Assembly: GCF_001194135.2 (NCBI RefSeq)
Contig: NC_068987.1
Coordinates: forward strand, 58,593,306 to 58,629,639
Direction of reading: 5' to 3'
Origin: Octopus bimaculoides
Taxonomy: Eukaryota
DNA: 36,334 nucleotides
This document shows, piece after piece, positions 33,051 through 36,334 of this stretch. Under the pieces are notes generated by a model. The model had not been told where the DNA came from, ran no database searches, and worked only from the letters and a program-made list of their open reading frames with translations. The position numbers were made by a program, and so were the translations under genes. Positions within the stretch are counted from its first letter, which is position 1. Each line of letters starts with the position of its first letter.

Positions 33051-33319
33051 CAGGGCTTTCAAACTTTTTGACTTGCGGACCCCTTTATATTTCAGGCTTT
33101 ACCTTAGGGACCCCCTTATAAATGCTTATGAAATTTATACATAAATATTTGCTTAAAATAACATATATTTTTACATTTATTTATTTAACAGTATTTAACA
33201 AATAGGTTTATTGTCAATTAAAAGATTTCGATTAAAAAACATATATAAAATCAAATTGCCCATAAAAAGTATTTGCTGTCTTTTTATGGGACCCCTGTCT
33301 TGTCCTTGTGGACCCCCTG
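33051..33319. mobile_element. Probable hAT (Charlie-like) MITE, right end damaged
   Basis: Starts CAGGGCTTTCAAACTTTTTGACTTGCGGACCCC; AT-rich interior; GGACCCC motifs recur; ends CCCTG. No 8-bp TSD seen. Confidence 0.5.
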
Positions 33320-33552
33320 TGAAGGAATTTGGGCTTTTTTATTTTTTAAGCTCATATTCAGTTGCACGTAATAGCTAAGACTGAAATTTTTACAAGTTCA
33401 CTCATTTGTTTGTTTCATTTGTGTTTTTTTCATGCTAGTATGGGTTAGACAAATAACCAAAAAAAAAACCACTTGTAATTTCATTTCATATCATAGCCAT
33501 ACGTAAGCAAATGATTTGAGATTATTAAAAGAGAAAAGGAAAGAAAAAAGAA

Positions 33553-33584
<32 letters not shown>

Positions 33585-33842
33585 AAAACAGAAAAAGAGT
33601 TTTACAGCTGGCTGAATTATTTAGTCTTTGAACTGCAAATTGAAAGGGCAAAGGCAAATATGCCATCACTAGCCACTGTATCTATAACACTTAACTCTCA
33701 GACAGTGTAGACAACCTATCTGTAAAACTGTCTCAGATAGTCTATTTAAGTTTCTCTTCAAATGTCATTCAGTAAATGCAAATATTTCATTCTAAGACCT
33801 ATTCTATTAGAAGTTAGCAATAACAAGAGTTCTTCTGATACA

Positions 33843-33905
33843 AGATGGCTGTGTGGTTAAGAAGTCTCCTTTGCAACCATATGGTTCCAGGTTTAATCTC
33901 AATAT
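33843..33905 (+). mobile_element. Degenerate tRNA-like SINE head
   Basis: A-box-like TGGCTGTGTGG and B-box-like GGTTTAATCTC separated by ~35 nt; cannot fold as an intact tRNA. Confidence 0.45.
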
Positions 33906-33963
33906 GTGGTTCATTTTCTTCCATTTTCTTCAACGCTTCATGAGTGGAAATCAGGCAAAGACT

Positions 33964-33995
<32 letters not shown>

Positions 33996-34006
33996 TCTCT
34001 TGCACA

Positions 34007-34007
<1 letters not shown>

Positions 34008-34053
<46 letters not shown>

Positions 34054-34425
34054 ATGTTTTTCCTTGGTATAAAAGATGAGTTACAGCAAATATTCTGCTT
34101 AATACCACAGATTTGCTTGTCAGTTGTTTGACCTTAACCAGTTGAGCAAGTCTCTTAGTGGCTGACAATATTTGCATCTCTGATCACAAGCAGAAGTAGT
34201 TGGAGAGCATCTTAGCCATGTGTTGAGAGGAAGTCTTTGGAGTTTGAATAATTCACTTCTAGAAACATGGGTGTTTCATTCAACATCCTTAAACAACCCT
34301 TATTTGAGGACCTTTTGAGTGGAATGGGCTACTCAACCTAAAGAAAATTCTAACTGGGCTTCACCTGCAAGGTCATGCACTGCTTATCTTTATATGAGAT
34401 CACCATGTTGCACACATGGTTGTCC
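34008..34425. repeat. (AAT)n tract plus probable interspersed repeat
   Basis: (AAT)n at 34008-34050 is directly visible. The following ~370 bp resemble, from memory only, an abundant octopus repeat; there is no second copy in the window. Confidence 0.35.
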
Positions 34426-34427
34426 TG

Positions 34428-34699
34428 AACACTACAAAGCTTATACAAAGCTTTATATATTAAACATATTCTTCCTATTATTATCAAAGAATGTATATAT
34501 GTATTTTAATACATAAACTGTTTTTTAAACATTTTTCTATTATTAACAAAGAATATATATATGTATTTATATATATGTATTTTAATACTTAAACTGTTTT
34601 TAACATTTTCTTATTATTATCAGTGAATGTATATATGTATTTTAATACTTTTGTGACAACCCGTACTTAACACTACAAAGCTTATATAAAGCTTTATAT
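34428..34699. repeat. Three ~55-75-bp tandem units bracketed by a 31-bp direct repeat
   Basis: AACACTACAAAGCTTATAYAAAGCTTTATAT at 34428-34458 and 34669-34699 (1 mismatch). The internal units share TATTATT..GAAT.TATATATGTATTTTAATAC. Confidence 0.8.
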
Positions 34700-35193
34700 T
34701 TTACTTTTGACAATCTTTTTCTAAAAAAGTGAAACCGGTAAAGTGAATAAACATCTTTAAAATTGCATTTTTAAACCTTCTTTCATATATATTTCCACTC
34801 GTGCAGTATCTTACAACTTTACTTTGTTATATATNNNNNNNNNNNNNNNNNNNNNNNNNNNNNNNNNNNNNNNNNNNNNNNNNNNNNNNNNNNNNNNNNN
34901 NNNNNNNNNNNNNNNNNNNNNNNNNNNNNNNNNNNNNNNNNNNNNNNNNNNNNNNNNNNNNNNNNNNNNNNNNNNNNNNNNNNNNNNNNNNNNNNNNNNN
35001 NNNNNNNNNNNNNNNNNNNNNNNNNNNNNNNNNNNNNNNNNNNNNNNNNNNNNNNNNNNNNNNNNNNNNNNNNNNNNNNNNNNNNNNNNNNNNNNNNNNN
35101 NNNNNNNNNNNNNNNNNNNNNNNNNNNNNNNNNNNNNNNNNNNNNNNNNNNNNNNNNNNNNNNNNNNNNNNNNNNTATATATATATATATATA

Positions 35194-35241
<48 letters not shown>

Positions 35242-35292
35242 TGTGTGTCTGTATGTTTATATATATATGTGTGTATGTATATATATGTTATA

Positions 35293-36300
35293 CTAGCAGA
35301 GATACCCAGCATTGCTTGGGATTAAAATGGCATAGTTTGTATAGGATATATTACAGTTATGTTGAAACAGGTGATATGGGAAAGTGCAGCATTGATAACA
35401 AAATATTTGTGGATCAAAGGCTGGGCTAATTCGACTAAGCAACATACCATGCATCCGTTTGGGGTGTTTCAGGCCGTAACACATCATGGAAAATTTGAGG
35501 TGGGGTTATGTGATTTTTGAACACACCAAAAAGCTGTCAATGGATATACTCTCTTTTGCAGCAGTCAGCGCTGTGTCTAACACAACCTATCATCTGAAAT
35601 TTTAACACCTCCTTTGGGTTTGTTGTCCTACATTACTCATAAAGTAAATTTGGAGGAACTGTGGTTGTTCATTTGTGAGTAACAGGAAACCAATGAGGTG
35701 ATAGACTTGCCCTTGAACTTTGACGTTGGTGAAAATTCATGTTTATCTATCTTCTTAGACACACCAAACAATGCCATTTGAAATGCAGAGTTGTATTGTC
35801 TGATATTGTTCAGAAAATCCTTTGACTGGATGGACATGCCTTCTAGAAGATCCATAAGCGGTTGAGAAGGAGCTAGTAGTGCTGGTAATGTTACCTGACC
35901 GCCTGAGCAGCACATACCATTTGTTTCATTTGAAAATTTCAAAGCTCTACAGAAACGACAATTTGGACAGAGTTATCACTTTTATAAGAATGGGATGGAT
36001 CATATCTGAAAACAGCTTCAGAAGTTGTGAAGAACGAATTTGTACGTAGTCTGTTTCTGAGAGCTGTTCTACTGGACCTCTGTCTAATCATTAAAACATT
36101 GATTTAATGATACAGCATTAAGTGCTGCAACATGCATTTGCTGATCTTGAGAAAATCTCATCTCTCTTCAGACTCTTGCCTTCGGTTTTCTACAATCCTC
36201 CTTGGTTTATGCTTGTTTATGGAGAGATTACGTCTTTTCTGTGTTTCTCCCACTCATTCCATAAAAATTTATTTGAAGACAACAGAAATTGAAAGAAGAG
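35293..36300 (-). mobile_element. Internally deleted Helitron on the minus strand with intact 3' end
   Basis: Minus translation AVFRYDP..CRFCRALKFSNETNGMCCSGGQVTLP..FLNNIRQYNSAFQM..VKVQGQVYHLIG..PQFLQIYF, then eroded HG-YVA-LSR helicase motifs (~35430-35530). 3' hairpin at 35304-35320 and CTAG at 35293-35296 followed by T. The 5' limit is approximate. Confidence 0.88.
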
Positions 36301-36334
36301 AAAGCGAAAAGGATGGAGAAAGAAAGTGAAATAT

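Larger units (their letters stand above)
5722..35175. other. Eight assembly gaps (N runs)
   Basis: 5722-5731, 6122-6747, 9733-10350, 13925-14485, 22263-22890, 28280-28296, 29428-29730 and 34835-35175. Most are flanked by AT/AC/CT microsatellites. Confidence 0.99.

Overview
AT-rich, repeat-dense eukaryotic DNA with eight N-gaps, most of them flanked by microsatellites. The repeat families and TTAGGG motifs suggest a cephalopod (Octopus-like) genome; this is inferred from remembered repeat families. No intact protein-coding gene can be demonstrated. Most of the window is decayed mobile DNA: two L1/Tx1-clade LINE copies plus an extra ORF1-like remnant, an RTE LINE with a PHD-type finger inside ORF2, a CR1-like 3' fragment, three Helitron remnants, a Tc1 transposon, at least three tRNA-derived SINE families and MITE-like elements. 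The most unusual structures are: (i) an ~860-bp foldback element whose arms meet at a (TTAGGG)n/(CCCTAA)n core, with a second family member at 6.1-7.0 kb; (ii) an old ~2-kb inverted duplication at 15.4-17.5 kb that may join two convergent gene 3' ends; (iii) a perfect 136-bp inverted repeat that looks like a templated insertion; (iv) a compact E2F/YY1/NRF1/ETS motif cluster at 12.1 kb; (v) a degenerate hammerhead-like motif at 23.6 kb. All translations and alignments were done by eye, and coordinates marked approximate may be off by tens of bases.
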